A stretch of 48,157 bases of DNA from Bacteroidales bacterium (GCA_035389045.1 DAOORA010000030.1:1-48157); one strand, 5' to 3'. Counted from the first letter of the stretch, positions 37,596-48,099 are shown. The notes: a model not told the origin generated them from the letters alone. Made by a program: numbers and translations.

Positions 37596-40500
37596 TTAAC
37601 GTATCAATGTCACGTTACCTTTCTTGGAGTACTGGAGTTTGTTGTGACACCAGGCGTCAAGATAATAGACAAATACACCGGGATCGCATATTTTTCCTTT
37701 GAATTTTCCGTCCCAGCCTTTATTAATGTCCTGGGTTTCGAAAACTTTTTCACCCCAGCGGTCATATACCAGGAAATTAAATTCCGAGATCATCTTGCTG
37801 CGAACGAAAAGAATGTCATTTTTACCGTCGCCGTTGGGGGTAAAGGCATTAGGAACATAAATATATGGTTCATCGCAGAAGACTTCGAGAACAATGATTT
37901 TTAATGTGTCGGTATAGATACAACCATAAGGGTCAGCAATCGTCAGATAATAGGTGGTGGTTTCTCCCGGGCTGGCAACAGGATTGGGCTGATAAGGATT
38001 ATCCAGTCCGGTAGTGGGCGTCCAGGTATACGTGCAGTTCGGTATTTGTGTGGCATGAAGCCCCGTGGATTGTCCCTGATAAATAGTGTCCTTGTCGGAA
38101 TATACCTGAACATGGGCAAACACGGAATCAATTACAATGGAAAAGGCATTGGAGAGCTGGCAAAGTCTTGAATCGGTTATAGTTACATCATAGTATCCCG
38201 CGCACAGGTTTTCAAGAGGATTTGTTGTCTGGTAGTTATTCCATATATATGAATAAGGAGGAGTGCCTCCTGCAGGAACTAATGCAATAGATCCGATACA
38301 GGCTTCATCGCAGGGGATATTTTGCAACTGAACCGAGGTGGTAAGTTCATCAGGTTCTGTTAATGTCACCGAAGAAACAGAAATACATTGTGAGGCATCG
38401 GTCACGGTGACGGAGTAAGTACCTGCACAAAGTCCGGAGTTTGTTGCAGTGGTAATTCCATTACTCCAAAGGTAAGAAAAAGGAGGACTTCCACTGTTAA
38501 TAGTTACAGAGACGATGCCATTGCATGAGTCATGGCAGGTGGGTGAAACAAAATTCAGGCTATCAAGCACTACTACAAAACTCACAAAGATGCTGTCGCG
38601 CACAGTACAGTATCCATTGCTCACTTCGACGTAAAAATAGGATGGTGTGGTAATATTTGCAGACATGTGCGGATCGGAAGATGAGGTATTCAGCCAATCG
38701 GTAAAATTATGGTTCGACGACCAGTGGAAATAGTTGGCTCCTTGTCCGCTGTTAGCTGTAAGGACAATATGTCCGTCGCAGGTCGCCGTGTCCACGCTGG
38801 GTATAGCGTCTAACATAAAGATCTCGACCGTTTGCCGGAGGGTATCCGTACAGGTTCCGTTGGAAACTAACAGGGTATAAGTGATGGTTGCCGGAGGGTG
38901 TGCGATGGGGTTGCAGCTGTGAGGATCTGAAAGGTAGATGGAGGGCAGCCAGTTATAGGTAACGGTTGAATCGCCGGATGTCAATACCCCTATCTGGGTG
39001 AAATCGCCGGCACATATATGTTTAGTGGGGAGGGTATCGCTGGAATTTGACAAGACGAGAATCTGTTTGGAGATCGTGTCGGCAAAATTACAGGAGCCCG
39101 TATCGGATGCCACCAGTGTAACGGTATATAATCCTGATTGGGTATAATAATGAACGGGGTTTTCATATGTTGAAAACTGGCCGTCGCCAAAGTTCCAGAG
39201 ATAATCCATTCCGGAGCCTCCGGAATAAGAATTGTTGATAAAATGCACTGAATCGGGAAGGCAGATCACCGGTGGTAAATGAAAATCGGCAATGGTAACC
39301 GGCAGTATAAAATCAAATTTAAATGTACCATTATTGCAGTTTACACTGTTGTTAGCATTGGACCAGGCTCCGGGAGTGGTCGGAAAGTCGTCGAAGCCGC
39401 CGCAACCGGCACATACCGACTGGTATATTTTCCCTTTTCTGTCGAATCTTGAAGTTCCTCCGTCAACATGTTCGGCGCTGCTGGGCCCGCCAAAATAGGT
39501 GCCATATTCCATACCCGAGGCATCATCTCTGATGACCAATAAGTAGAAGTCGTTATTATCGGTGGTATTTTGAAAAGCATTTCCGGAGATAGGCAAGCCG
39601 CTGGTGCCACCGGTGCTGTTCAGCGAGCCTCCCCATCCTGATAAATATATTTTTGAACACAGGTCGACCAGGAAAGCCGTGGGTGAAATATCGGGGCCGC
39701 CGTTGCCTGTTCCGAAAGCGGTGGACCAGTAGCGGCTGCTGAGATCGGGATAAAATTTCGTCACATATTGCCCACCGCCCGGATGATTCCAAAGGGCGTT
39801 CTGGATGTATGTATTGCCCGGATCGGCAGTTTGTCCGAACACAAAAATATACCCCTGCTTGTTTCTGTCCATTAAATAGGTCTGGTCATAATATGCAGAA
39901 CCATAATATGTTGATGCGGCAATAGCATTACCATTAGGGGCAATCTGTGTAACAAATCCATCAGCAGACCCTCCGTTGTAAACCGTCTGGTAGGCTCCCG
40001 GAGTGGTGGGGAAATTCAATGAGGTAGTTCCTCCGCAAACATAAATATTCATGCTGTCGTCAATCACAACACCGTATACAGCATCAAGCCCGGAACCTCC
40101 GAGATACGATGACCAGATGATGTTATGGAGATTATTGTCAAGAACAGTAATGCAGCCGTCGAGGGTATCACCGCCGTAGGTGGTCTGAAAGGCATTAGGG
40201 GTGATGGGAAAATCATGTGATGCGGTGGTGGATACGATATATACGTTGTTGTTATCGTCAATGTCTATTTCTCCCCTGGCGCCATCGGCATAATTATGCG
40301 ATAATGGAGCATAGAAGTTTATTCCGTCGTTGAGGCTGCCTCCCAAAAACGTAGAGGCAAGCAGCTGATTTCCAGCCTGGTTGAGTTTGGCGACGTACAT
40401 ATCCACACCCAGGTTGAACGTAAGCACCCAGTCGTAGGTTATATCCGTGCCACCGCTGAATATCGGATCGTTTGGGGCGCCGGCCATCGGAAAATCCGAT

Positions 40501-41585
40501 GAACCTGTAGTGCCGAAAACCAGGAGGTTATTATTTTTATCAACAATGATGCTGTGCGGCAGGTCGTTCCGCGATCCTCCCAGGTACGTGGCATACACAC
40601 GGTTATGGCCGGTGGTGTCATATTTGATGATGGCAACATCACAGCCGCCGTAATAGGTTCCTTCTCCTCCCGCAAAATTGACCTGAAAAGCTCCAGGAGA
40701 AACCGGGTATCCATTGGATATGTCGTTGAAACAGATCCCTCCTGAATAAGTATAGCCATAGTCATCGTATGTCGCCGTAAAGCCCCAGTTATCCGCCAGT
40801 GAACCGGTATATGTCGAAAAAATCAGGATGGGGTCAATGACCAGATCATACTCTTTATCATAGCCCTCGGGAAATTCGAAGCTTACACGGTTTTTATGCA
40901 GGGCATACCGGCAGGGAACTTCTTTTTTGCTTCCGTTAATCATCTGAAATGCAACAGGTGCAAGTTCAGTGACTTGATTTACTGATGTCTTGATGATCAG
41001 GTTATGGTGCTGTATCGAAATATCATTAACACCTTCATAGCCGATGACGATCTTGTTTGGATTGGCGCCTTTATGTATTAAAAACTGGTATTTCAGCAGA
41101 TGATTTTCCTCGAATAACTCCATGTCGATGTTGTTATACAGGTTGACATAAGCTATTTTGCTGTAATTATGAATATTGGATCTCCATTTGGATTTATCAT
41201 TTCCCAGGTAATAATTTGCGTAGTCACTGCCGCAGCCGGATGCCTGTATTTCAACATCTTTGTTGCAATTAATAAAACTGGCCGAGTAAGCATGATAATT
41301 GATGATAAATTCAGAGGGATCGATAACCGCATGATGGTTGTGTAATCTTAATTTATTTGTTAAAAGCCTATAATACTTCGCTTGGTCACGAAATACAAAC
41401 TGCAAACGGTTGGGCAGACATTGAAGATATCCTTCATCCAAATCGGTTTTATATTTTATCTGCCCGTCCCATTGCCCTTTATTTTCTACAAACCGCAGCT
41501 GACTTGAGGTAAGTGAGTCCTTTTCGTGGGAGGTGGCAACCAAACTGAACAAAATAAATACAGGCAGAAGTAAATATTTATGCAT
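37596..41585 (-). CDS. Large T9SS type B CTD (gliding motility-associated C-terminal domain) surface protein with SBBP-like propeller, PKD and SprB-like repeats
   Basis: FVENKGQW N-domain, LVIDP.LIFSTY.G, T.S.DFP.T..A.Q repeats, WNFGDG (PKD), GTPPYSY.W, and YVPNAFTPNGDGKND..YDRWGEKVF..WDG..GNVTLIR; TAAATTTG at 41604-41611. Confidence 0.9.
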   Translation of the reverse strand: MHKYLLLPVFILFSLVATSHEKDSLTSSQLRFVENKGQWDGQIKYKTDLDEGYLQCLPNRLQFVFRDQAKYYRLLTNKLRLHNHHAVIDPSEFIINYHAYSASFINCNKDVEIQASGCGSDYANYYLGNDKSKWRSNIHNYSKIAYVNLYNNIDMELFEENHLLKYQFLIHKGANPNKIVIGYEGVNDISIQHHNLIIKTSVNQVTELAPVAFQMINGSKKEVPCRYALHKNRVSFEFPEGYDKEYDLVIDPILIFSTYTGSLADNWGFTATYDDYGYTYSGGICFNDISNGYPVSPGAFQVNFAGGEGTYYGGCDVAIIKYDTTGHNRVYATYLGGSRNDLPHSIIVDKNNNLLVFGTTGSSDFPMAGAPNDPIFSGGTDITYDWVLTFNLGVDMYVAKLNQAGNQLLASTFLGGSLNDGINFYAPLSHNYADGARGEIDIDDNNNVYIVSTTASHDFPITPNAFQTTYGGDTLDGCITVLDNNLHNIIWSSYLGGSGLDAVYGVVIDDSMNIYVCGGTTSLNFPTTPGAYQTVYNGGSADGFVTQIAPNGNAIAASTYYGSAYYDQTYLMDRNKQGYIFVFGQTADPGNTYIQNALWNHPGGGQYVTKFYPDLSSRYWSTAFGTGNGGPDISPTAFLVDLCSKIYLSGWGGSLNSTGGTSGLPISGNAFQNTTDNNDFYLLVIRDDASGMEYGTYFGGPSSAEHVDGGTSRFDRKGKIYQSVCAGCGGFDDFPTTPGAWSNANNSVNCNNGTFKFDFILPVTIADFHLPPVICLPDSVHFINNSYSGGSGMDYLWNFGDGQFSTYENPVHYYTQSGLYTVTLVASDTGSCNFADTISKQILVLSNSSDTLPTKHICAGDFTQIGVLTSGDSTVTYNWLPSIYLSDPHSCNPIAHPPATITYTLLVSNGTCTDTLRQTVEIFMLDAIPSVDTATCDGHIVLTANSGQGANYFHWSSNHNFTDWLNTSSSDPHMSANITTPSYFYVEVSNGYCTVRDSIFVSFVVVLDSLNFVSPTCHDSCNGIVSVTINSGSPPFSYLWSNGITTATNSGLCAGTYSVTVTDASQCISVSSVTLTEPDELTTSVQLQNIPCDEACIGSIALVPAGGTPPYSYIWNNYQTTNPLENLCAGYYDVTITDSRLCQLSNAFSIVIDSVFAHVQVYSDKDTIYQGQSTGLHATQIPNCTYTWTPTTGLDNPYQPNPVASPGETTTYYLTIADPYGCIYTDTLKIIVLEVFCDEPYIYVPNAFTPNGDGKNDILFVRSKMISEFNFLVYDRWGEKVFETQDINKGWDGKFKGKICDPGVFVYYLDAWCHNKLQYSKKGNVTLIR

Positions 41586-41655
41586 TTCTCTTAGTTTTAG
41601 AAACAAATTTAAAAAAAATTATGAAAATGAAGTGAAATGTTGGATTTTTTTAATT

Positions 41656-41822
41656 CTAAGAAACTGTTTTGATTTTCTGTTACATAAGATTTGTGATGGA
41701 TTTTTTAGCGAAACGAGGCGGATTTTGCAGACATAGTTTATCCTATGTCGATAAATCTAACGAAGTTGCAGCAAAAAAGACGCATAAAGATATGAAAAGA
41801 TAAAATCAAAACAATTTCTAAG
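41656..41822. mobile_element. 167-bp palindromic MITE-like element (complete copy)
   Basis: 21-bp terminal inverted repeats with 2 mismatches (CTAAGAAACTGTTTTGATTTT / AAAATCAAAACAATTTCTAAG); central GACATAG-6nt-CTATGTC hairpin; further copies at 48100 and 31119. Confidence 0.75.
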
Positions 41823-41937
41823 TCTTATACTTGATCAAATTTCAACCATGCAAAACTTTATATTTTCCTTTTATTGTCCTGTGCCGGGAATCAGGTATAT
41901 TAACAACATTTGCAAATAACTAAAATTTCAATAAAGC

Positions 41938-42696
41938 TTATTCTTCATTTTTCATAAAGCCTTGCTGCCCGATCACGGATAAAAAACTATTCGAAAAAAA
42001 CACATTATCTTTTTTTGTATAGCGTTTTTGTGTGAAAATCTGTGCGAGGTTTTCCAGTTGGTTCTCAATGATCAGGCTTTTCGTCAGCGGAAGCGCTTCT
42101 TTTTCCCTGAACATTTCATCTATTTGCTGAGGGGAATATTTTTCGTATTTCTCATTGTGGACTATAGCTTTGCAGGGCAGCCGGTCGGTAAGTTCCGGTT
42201 TTTCATCAGGATAACCCACCACTAAAGTGGTCACGGGGACGACGCCTTCGGGGCATTCAAAAAATTCCACCAGTTTATCCGCATTATAGATAGTTGTACC
42301 GAGGTAACAAATGCCAAGCCCGTTTGCTTCGGCAGCCAGTGCAACATTCTGTGCGGCAAGCAGCGCATCTGTGGCGGCGGTCATAAACGAAAGGAAGTTG
42401 TCATAACCCGGTTCGGCATTGCGCTGACGGCACCACTGGTTAAACCTGTGAAAATCAGCACAAAAAGTCAATAGTACCGGCGCCTGCATAACCATTTTCT
42501 GGTTGAAATGATATTCGCAGAGTTTCTTTTTTTTCTCTTCATCACGGCTGACAATAATGCTGTAAACCTGCATATTTCCGGTTGTTGATGCCCGGAAACC
42601 TGCTTCAAGTATTTGTTTCAGGAGGTCATCGCTGACGGGAATATCTTTATATTTTCGGATAGAACGGTGTTCAAGCAGGTTTTGTATGGCATCCAT
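41938..42696 (-). CDS. NADPH-dependent nitroreductase/flavin reductase (NfsA/Frp-like)
   Basis: HRSIRKY, RASTTGNMQ.YSII, FCADF.R, DALLAAQN..LAAE..GLGICYLG and GYPDE....RLP. Confidence 0.9.
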   Translation of the reverse strand: MDAIQNLLEHRSIRKYKDIPVSDDLLKQILEAGFRASTTGNMQVYSIIVSRDEEKKKKLCEYHFNQKMVMQAPVLLTFCADFHRFNQWCRQRNAEPGYDNFLSFMTAATDALLAAQNVALAAEANGLGICYLGTTIYNADKLVEFFECPEGVVPVTTLVVGYPDEKPELTDRLPCKAIVHNEKYEKYSPQQIDEMFREKEALPLTKSLIIENQLENLAQIFTQKRYTKKDNVFFSNSFLSVIGQQGFMKNEE

Positions 42697-42697
42697 A

Positions 42698-43387
42698 TTA
42701 TTTTTCTTTAGATTTTATTCTTTGGATAATTTTTTCATTGGTCAGTTCTCTGTAAGCATCTTTGCCGATCCACCGGGCTGTGGCATCTTCACTTGTCATC
42801 AGTTGTTCTGCCACAGCTAAAGCCTGAGGATGTAAGCGCATGTTTCTTTTTCCTATCTGGCGTAACGCCCAGTTCACTGCTTTTCTGACAAAGTTACGTT
42901 TATCGGTTGATTCGCGGACAATCAATGGTAAAAAATCAAGAAACCGGGCATCAGCGGTTTTTTTTGCGTGTACGGCAAGACAGGCCATCATAACGAAACC
43001 GGCCCTTTTCTGAAATTCTTCAGGCCGGCCTGACCATTCAACAGCCTTTTGGACAGCAAACGGTGTTTTATCGAATAGATTACTGCAGCATTGATCACAG
43101 ATGTCCCACGAGTTGAAGTCCTTTAACCATTGTTCCAACTGGTTTTCTGTAACCTGCCTGAAATCATCAATCATGGGTGCAAGTAGCTGTGTTTCATGAT
43201 AACCGGCTTCCCAAAGTTCAAGTGCAAGTGCGTGATTGTTTTTATATTTTTTGGCAAGGGCCCGTAATACGGGCAGGGAAATTCCAAAAGCTTTTTCGGT
43301 GATGATGCCAAAACGTGCCATGCCGGCGAGATTTGATTCGCTGGTGTGTTCTTTCAGAAATTGAATGATATCTTCTTTTTCTTTCAT
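42698..43387 (-). CDS. DNA alkylation repair protein (AlkD-like HEAT repeat)
   Basis: LR.LAK....NH.LA.ELW, DFNSWDICD, EEF.KRAGF and DKRNFV.KAVNWALRQIGKRN; probable start MKEKED. Confidence 0.87.
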   Translation of the reverse strand: MKEKEDIIQFLKEHTSESNLAGMARFGIITEKAFGISLPVLRALAKKYKNNHALALELWEAGYHETQLLAPMIDDFRQVTENQLEQWLKDFNSWDICDQCCSNLFDKTPFAVQKAVEWSGRPEEFQKRAGFVMMACLAVHAKKTADARFLDFLPLIVRESTDKRNFVRKAVNWALRQIGKRNMRLHPQALAVAEQLMTSEDATARWIGKDAYRELTNEKIIQRIKSKEK

Positions 43388-43484
43388 AAAATAGGTTTGT
43401 TGTGCTTTGTCACACTTGTTTGTAACACATGATGAGCCGGGATAAGAAATTTGAGGATCGTTTCTTGTTTCGGCAATATCTGTA

Positions 43485-44456
43485 TTATTCAATCAGTATC
43501 AATCCGTCGTTGGTGGCTATCCATTTTCGGTTTCTTGAGTCAACAGCAACTTTATTTACAAAAAAACTTATTACACATGAATTCAGCGGATTGTACAATT
43601 TCCAACCTTTTTCGTTCCATCTGATCAATCCTGTATTAGTGGCCATCCAGTATACATCGTTTGCATCCTGTATCACTTTATAATCACAAAATTTTGGCAG
43701 CCCTGCCTTATCCGGATCATATACAGTCCAGTTGTTGTCGTTGATTTTTAAAATCCCACTCCAGAAAATCACCCATATCGTGCCTGATTTGTCCGTATAA
43801 ATATAGTTCACCTGGTTGTTCGGAAGCTTTGAATTTTCTTTGTTGTAAACGGTCCATGCGGTTCCGTCAAATTTGGCGAAACCGTTGGAAGTTGCCAGCC
43901 ATTTGTTGTTTTTTGTATCGATAGCCACTGCATTTACCATATTATCAGGCAATCCGGAGTTTTCTGCGGTATAGATGTTCCAGTCAAAACCGTTGAATGA
44001 TGCGAGACCGTGTTCGGTAGAAATCCATAAAACATCATTATTATCAGCCGCAATACCTGTTATATGCTGGTCGGGCAGGGGGCAGCCGGTCGGAGCATAG
44101 TTGACCCATTCACGGTCATTGAATTTATAAACGCCATGATATCGTGTTCCTATCCATTTATTATTGTCCTTGTCAATATAAATGGTTGTGACGAATTTAT
44201 CCTGGAGTCCCGAATTGGTGGAATCGTAAACAATGAAATCCTTACCATTATACTTGACAAGCTGTCCTCCAAAAAAACAATCGCCGGTAGCCAACCACAG
44301 ATTGTTGTCGGGGCCGGCAGCAACCGTTTTAATGATGTTGTCAGGAATTTCTGATGTGACTGTGTCGAATGTTACACAATTGAAATCATCGTTCTGGGCA
44401 TAGGAGAATCTGATGGTACCTGCCATCAGAAATAATAAAAGCAGATTTTTTTTCAT
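43485..44456 (-). CDS. Secreted two-component-regulator propeller (Reg_prop/PorZ-like) repeat protein
   Basis: Repeats of Y...NSGLP.N.V..I.ID..NNKW.AT..G; signal peptide; no kinase domain or CTD. Confidence 0.8.
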   Translation of the reverse strand: MKKNLLLLFLMAGTIRFSYAQNDDFNCVTFDTVTSEIPDNIIKTVAAGPDNNLWLATGDCFFGGQLVKYNGKDFIVYDSTNSGLQDKFVTTIYIDKDNNKWIGTRYHGVYKFNDREWVNYAPTGCPLPDQHITGIAADNNDVLWISTEHGLASFNGFDWNIYTAENSGLPDNMVNAVAIDTKNNKWLATSNGFAKFDGTAWTVYNKENSKLPNNQVNYIYTDKSGTIWVIFWSGILKINDNNWTVYDPDKAGLPKFCDYKVIQDANDVYWMATNTGLIRWNEKGWKLYNPLNSCVISFFVNKVAVDSRNRKWIATNDGLILIE

Positions 44457-45463
44457 TAGGGTTTCCTGGGTTTGTATTTCGATAGGGTAAGAATTTGCTG
44501 TGCATCGGTGTTGCTGATCAGTTTCTGAGGGTTTAAGTTTTTATCCATCAGCATATATTGGCTGACAATACGCCAGCCAATCCAGCTACCGGTGCGGGGC
44601 GGTGAGTCTTTGGAAAAAGAAGCCGTGAAAGGAGCTTCGCTGAAGAATTTCCTGATCGCATTATTATCCTTGCTGTACAAAAGTTTGTTTTCAATAAAAA
44701 ACGCCCAGATCTTTGCTTCGTTTTCATAACACCAATCCAATTGTTTTTTTGAATATTTGAATTTTACGGTATCGTCAGATTCGGGCATCATGACATCGAT
44801 AAGATACTGTTTCTTTCCTTCATATATCATATTGTCCAGAAAGGTTGCATCTTTCATGTCGTTGTAACAATGATATTCTGCCACTGCCTTCATGCAATCC
44901 CTTGTGATATATTCTTCTGACATGGTTTTACGGATAAAAAGAGGCAAACCCAGCGCCTGATAAAGCGGATAATCTCTTCCCAGGTACATATCCAAAGCGA
45001 TCATAAGCATACTGTCGGCATAAATAACCGGATGTTCATAGTCCATTCCGCAGATGTAGGTGTAAACACGGGGTACCTTCTTTTCGGGGAAATAGTATTT
45101 AAAATACGTAAAAGCCGAGGATAACTGTTTTTCAAGCAACGAAAGTTCAGGAAATATTTTCTGACTTGTTTCATAGTTTTCGCTCATCTGCGGATCATTC
45201 AAATATTCATGTAACTGCCTGATGTTGTTTTCATCATCAAGGTCGCCGTCAAGAAAAAAACTAAAACGGGGTTTGATCTTTTTCAGTTCCTGTTGCAGAC
45301 TGTCTCTGTCAAGAGTAAAAAGTATTTTTTCATAACGGTCAATAATAATTTTTACCGTAGTGTCTTTCAGCTCAGGGTGGACTTTTTCCTTGCCGTTGTT
45401 GCAGTTACACGAATAAAAAAACAAGGCAATGATTCCAGTCATTAAGATTACCGGGCGCATCAT
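44456..45463 (-). CDS. gldB: Gliding motility lipoprotein GldB-like
   Basis: Lipobox FYSC; IALDMYLG..Y..Y, FLD.MIY.GK..Y, WC..NE..IW.FF, APFT.....SP.R.G.WIGW.IV..YM and L..SKYKP. Confidence 0.85.
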   Translation of the reverse strand: MMRPVILMTGIIALFFYSCNCNNGKEKVHPELKDTTVKIIIDRYEKILFTLDRDSLQQELKKIKPRFSFFLDGDLDDENNIRQLHEYLNDPQMSENYETSQKIFPELSLLEKQLSSAFTYFKYYFPEKKVPRVYTYICGMDYEHPVIYADSMLMIALDMYLGRDYPLYQALGLPLFIRKTMSEEYITRDCMKAVAEYHCYNDMKDATFLDNMIYEGKKQYLIDVMMPESDDTVKFKYSKKQLDWCYENEAKIWAFFIENKLLYSKDNNAIRKFFSEAPFTASFSKDSPPRTGSWIGWRIVSQYMLMDKNLNPQKLISNTDAQQILTLSKYKPRKP

Positions 45464-45579
45464 ACCATTTGTTAATTCAGATTTAAATTTTTTTGGCAAT
45501 GTGATCAGGATTTTTACAAAAATATCATTTTTTAGAGAAATTATTGTTTAAATATATTATTTTTGCATTAAAAAAAGAC

Positions 45580-46332
45580 ATGAAAGTATCAGTTAAAATT
45601 ATGATTACAGGTATTTTGTTGATTGTTTTAGCAAATACCACTGTCAGTGCCCAAGACCGCAAATTCAATTTTGGTATTCATTTTTCTCCCAATATAAGCT
45701 GGATAAAACCAGATGTTGACGGAGGGGAATTGTACAAATATGAATCGGATGGCGCCAGGCTTCTCATGGGCTATGGCGCAGATTTTAACTATTTTTTCAT
45801 CCCGAATATTGCTTTAGGCACTGGGGTAAATGTTGTATATAACGGCGGTAAATTAAAGTACCCTTCGCCTTATGTTGTTAAAGACGCCAATAATGTTGCG
45901 CAAGATACTGTTGATTGTAATTTATATCGTAAGTATAAACTTCAATACCTTGAAATTCCGCTTGTTATGATTGGCAGTACCGGGGACCTGATGGGGAATT
46001 TCTCCATTTATGGCAAATTCGGCCTGGGTACTTCATTTAAACTGAAGGCGCGTTCTGACGATGAATATGTGAAAAAATCAGCACAGGATATTTCCTACAA
46101 AGATGAAAACAAAAACATTGGCAAGGATGTAAATTTTATCAAGGAATCCCTGATCATCGGAATAGGAGGCACTTATAAATTTAAAAAAGTCATTTCACTG
46201 AATTTCGGAATTAATTATAACAGCGGATTTACGGATATCCTCACTAGTGAAAACCCTGCTGAGATTACCCCAAAAATAAAAGAAAACGGCAAAGCCAGCT
46301 ATGTAGAAATGTACGTTGGCGTATTATTTTAA
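45580..46332 (+). CDS. PorT-family outer-membrane beta-barrel protein
   Basis: Signal peptide; LQYLEIPL, YNSGFTDI and C-terminal YVGVLF; TATTTTTG at 45558-45565. Confidence 0.78.
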   Translation: MKVSVKIMITGILLIVLANTTVSAQDRKFNFGIHFSPNISWIKPDVDGGELYKYESDGARLLMGYGADFNYFFIPNIALGTGVNVVYNGGKLKYPSPYVVKDANNVAQDTVDCNLYRKYKLQYLEIPLVMIGSTGDLMGNFSIYGKFGLGTSFKLKARSDDEYVKKSAQDISYKDENKNIGKDVNFIKESLIIGIGGTYKFKKVISLNFGINYNSGFTDILTSENPAEITPKIKENGKASYVEMYVGVLF

Positions 46333-46357
46333 TACTGCCGTCTGAAAATCCCGCCTG

Positions 46358-47989
46358 ATGAAAATCGCTCTTGCTCAATTCAATTTCCATATCGGAAATT
46401 TCGAGTTGAACACAGGTAAAATTATTGATGCACTAGGAAAGGCAAGATCTGATGGCGCTGATCTGGTGGTGTTTCCTGAACTTGCTGTTTGCGGATACCC
46501 CCCGCGTGATTTCCTCGAATATTCATATTTTATTGATTTATGTAACCGGTCGATCGGACAGATTGCTGCTGAATGTATCGGTATTGCCGCTGTTATTGGC
46601 GCTCCTTCTGTGAATCCCGAACCGGCGGGAAAGAATCTGTTCAACTCTGCATTTTTTCTTGCTGATGGTATGGTGAAACACATTCAGCATAAATCGCTGC
46701 TTCCTAATTACGACATTTTTGATGAATACCGTTATTTTGAGCCAAACCGCCATTTCAGTATTATCAGCTATAAAAATAAACGAATTGCACTCACCATCTG
46801 TGAAGATATCTGGAATACCAGCCCCGACCCCCTTTATGTGATGAAACCCATGGATGAACTTGCGAAGTTCCAACCTGACCTTCTGATAAATATTGCCGCA
46901 TCACCTTTTTCTTATTCACAGCATAAAAAGCGTAAACAAGTTCTCGAAAGTAACGCCAGGCAGTATGGTATTCCTGTGATCTATGTGAATCATGCAGGCG
47001 CCCAGACCGAGCTTATTTTCGACGGAGGCTCTATGGTTGTTGACGAAAAGGGAAGCACCTTACTGCAAATGCCATTTTTTGAAGAACATCTGACTTGTTT
47101 TGAAACGGATAACAATGAACGACAGGCTGTTTTTGGCGCAGAACTTTCCGAAACGGCACTGATACATGACGCCCTGGTGTTGGGTATCCGTGATTATTTC
47201 GGGAAAATGGGTTTCTCCAAAGCCCTGCTGGGGCTCTCAGGTGGTATAGATTCTGCACTGACACTGGCCTTGGCGGTGGAAGCTCTCGGAAAAGATAACG
47301 TTTTTTCGGTGTTGATGCCATCACAGTTTTCGTCGGAGCATTCCGTGAACGATGCATTGGAACTGGTCGGAAATCTGGGCAGCCGGTATGAAATTATTCC
47401 TATTGAACCGGCATTTCAGTCAATAAGTGAGTTGTTACGGCCGTTATTTGGCGACAGGCCTTTTGATGTCACCGAAGAGAATATACAGGCGCGTATCCGT
47501 GCTGTTCTTCTCATGGCCATATCGAACAAATTTGGATATATTTTGCTCAACACTTCAAATAAAAGTGAAGCTGCCGTTGGCTATGGTACGTTATATGGCG
47601 ATATGTGCGGAGGCCTTGCGGTGCTGGGTGACGTGTATAAAACACAGGTTTACGAACTGGCGGGTTATTTAAACAGGGAAAAAGGGATCATCCCTGTGAA
47701 TACTATCACCAAAGCGCCATCAGCAGAACTGAGACCGGGACAAAAAGATTCAGATTCATTGCCGGAGTACGACATCCTTGATAAAATCCTGTCCGGATAT
47801 ATTGAGAATTGCCAGAGTCCCGAACAGATCATCGCACAGGGTTTCGATGCTGCTACCGTTCATCGCGTGCTGAAAATGGTAAACACCTGCGAATATAAAC
47901 GTTACCAGGCCCCTCCCATACTCCGCGTTTCACCAAAAGCTTTTGGCAGCGGGCGCAGAATGCCTGTCGTGGGAAAATACCTTTCGTGA
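46358..47989 (+). CDS. nadE: Glutamine-dependent NAD+ synthetase
   Basis: Nitrilase domain (FPEL..GYPP.D, K.LLPNY.IFDE.RYF, ICEDIW) plus LGLSGGIDSA, ENIQARIR, NKSE..VGY.TLYGD and PSAELRPGQKDSDSLP.Y. Confidence 0.97.
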   Translation: MKIALAQFNFHIGNFELNTGKIIDALGKARSDGADLVVFPELAVCGYPPRDFLEYSYFIDLCNRSIGQIAAECIGIAAVIGAPSVNPEPAGKNLFNSAFFLADGMVKHIQHKSLLPNYDIFDEYRYFEPNRHFSIISYKNKRIALTICEDIWNTSPDPLYVMKPMDELAKFQPDLLINIAASPFSYSQHKKRKQVLESNARQYGIPVIYVNHAGAQTELIFDGGSMVVDEKGSTLLQMPFFEEHLTCFETDNNERQAVFGAELSETALIHDALVLGIRDYFGKMGFSKALLGLSGGIDSALTLALAVEALGKDNVFSVLMPSQFSSEHSVNDALELVGNLGSRYEIIPIEPAFQSISELLRPLFGDRPFDVTEENIQARIRAVLLMAISNKFGYILLNTSNKSEAAVGYGTLYGDMCGGLAVLGDVYKTQVYELAGYLNREKGIIPVNTITKAPSAELRPGQKDSDSLPEYDILDKILSGYIENCQSPEQIIAQGFDAATVHRVLKMVNTCEYKRYQAPPILRVSPKAFGSGRRMPVVGKYLS

Positions 47990-48099
47990 CAGCGGTTTAA
48001 GTCTAGTTAACGCAGGCATAATCACTGGAGACCGCACCGAAGCGCACCCTGCCTGATAATCCATCATGTGCAGCATTTTTAAATGATGTTACTGAATCA

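Noticed and set aside
41533..41736. 67-aa ORF running into the palindromic element
   Set aside because: Overlaps a real gene start, its promoter and the repeat; likely spurious
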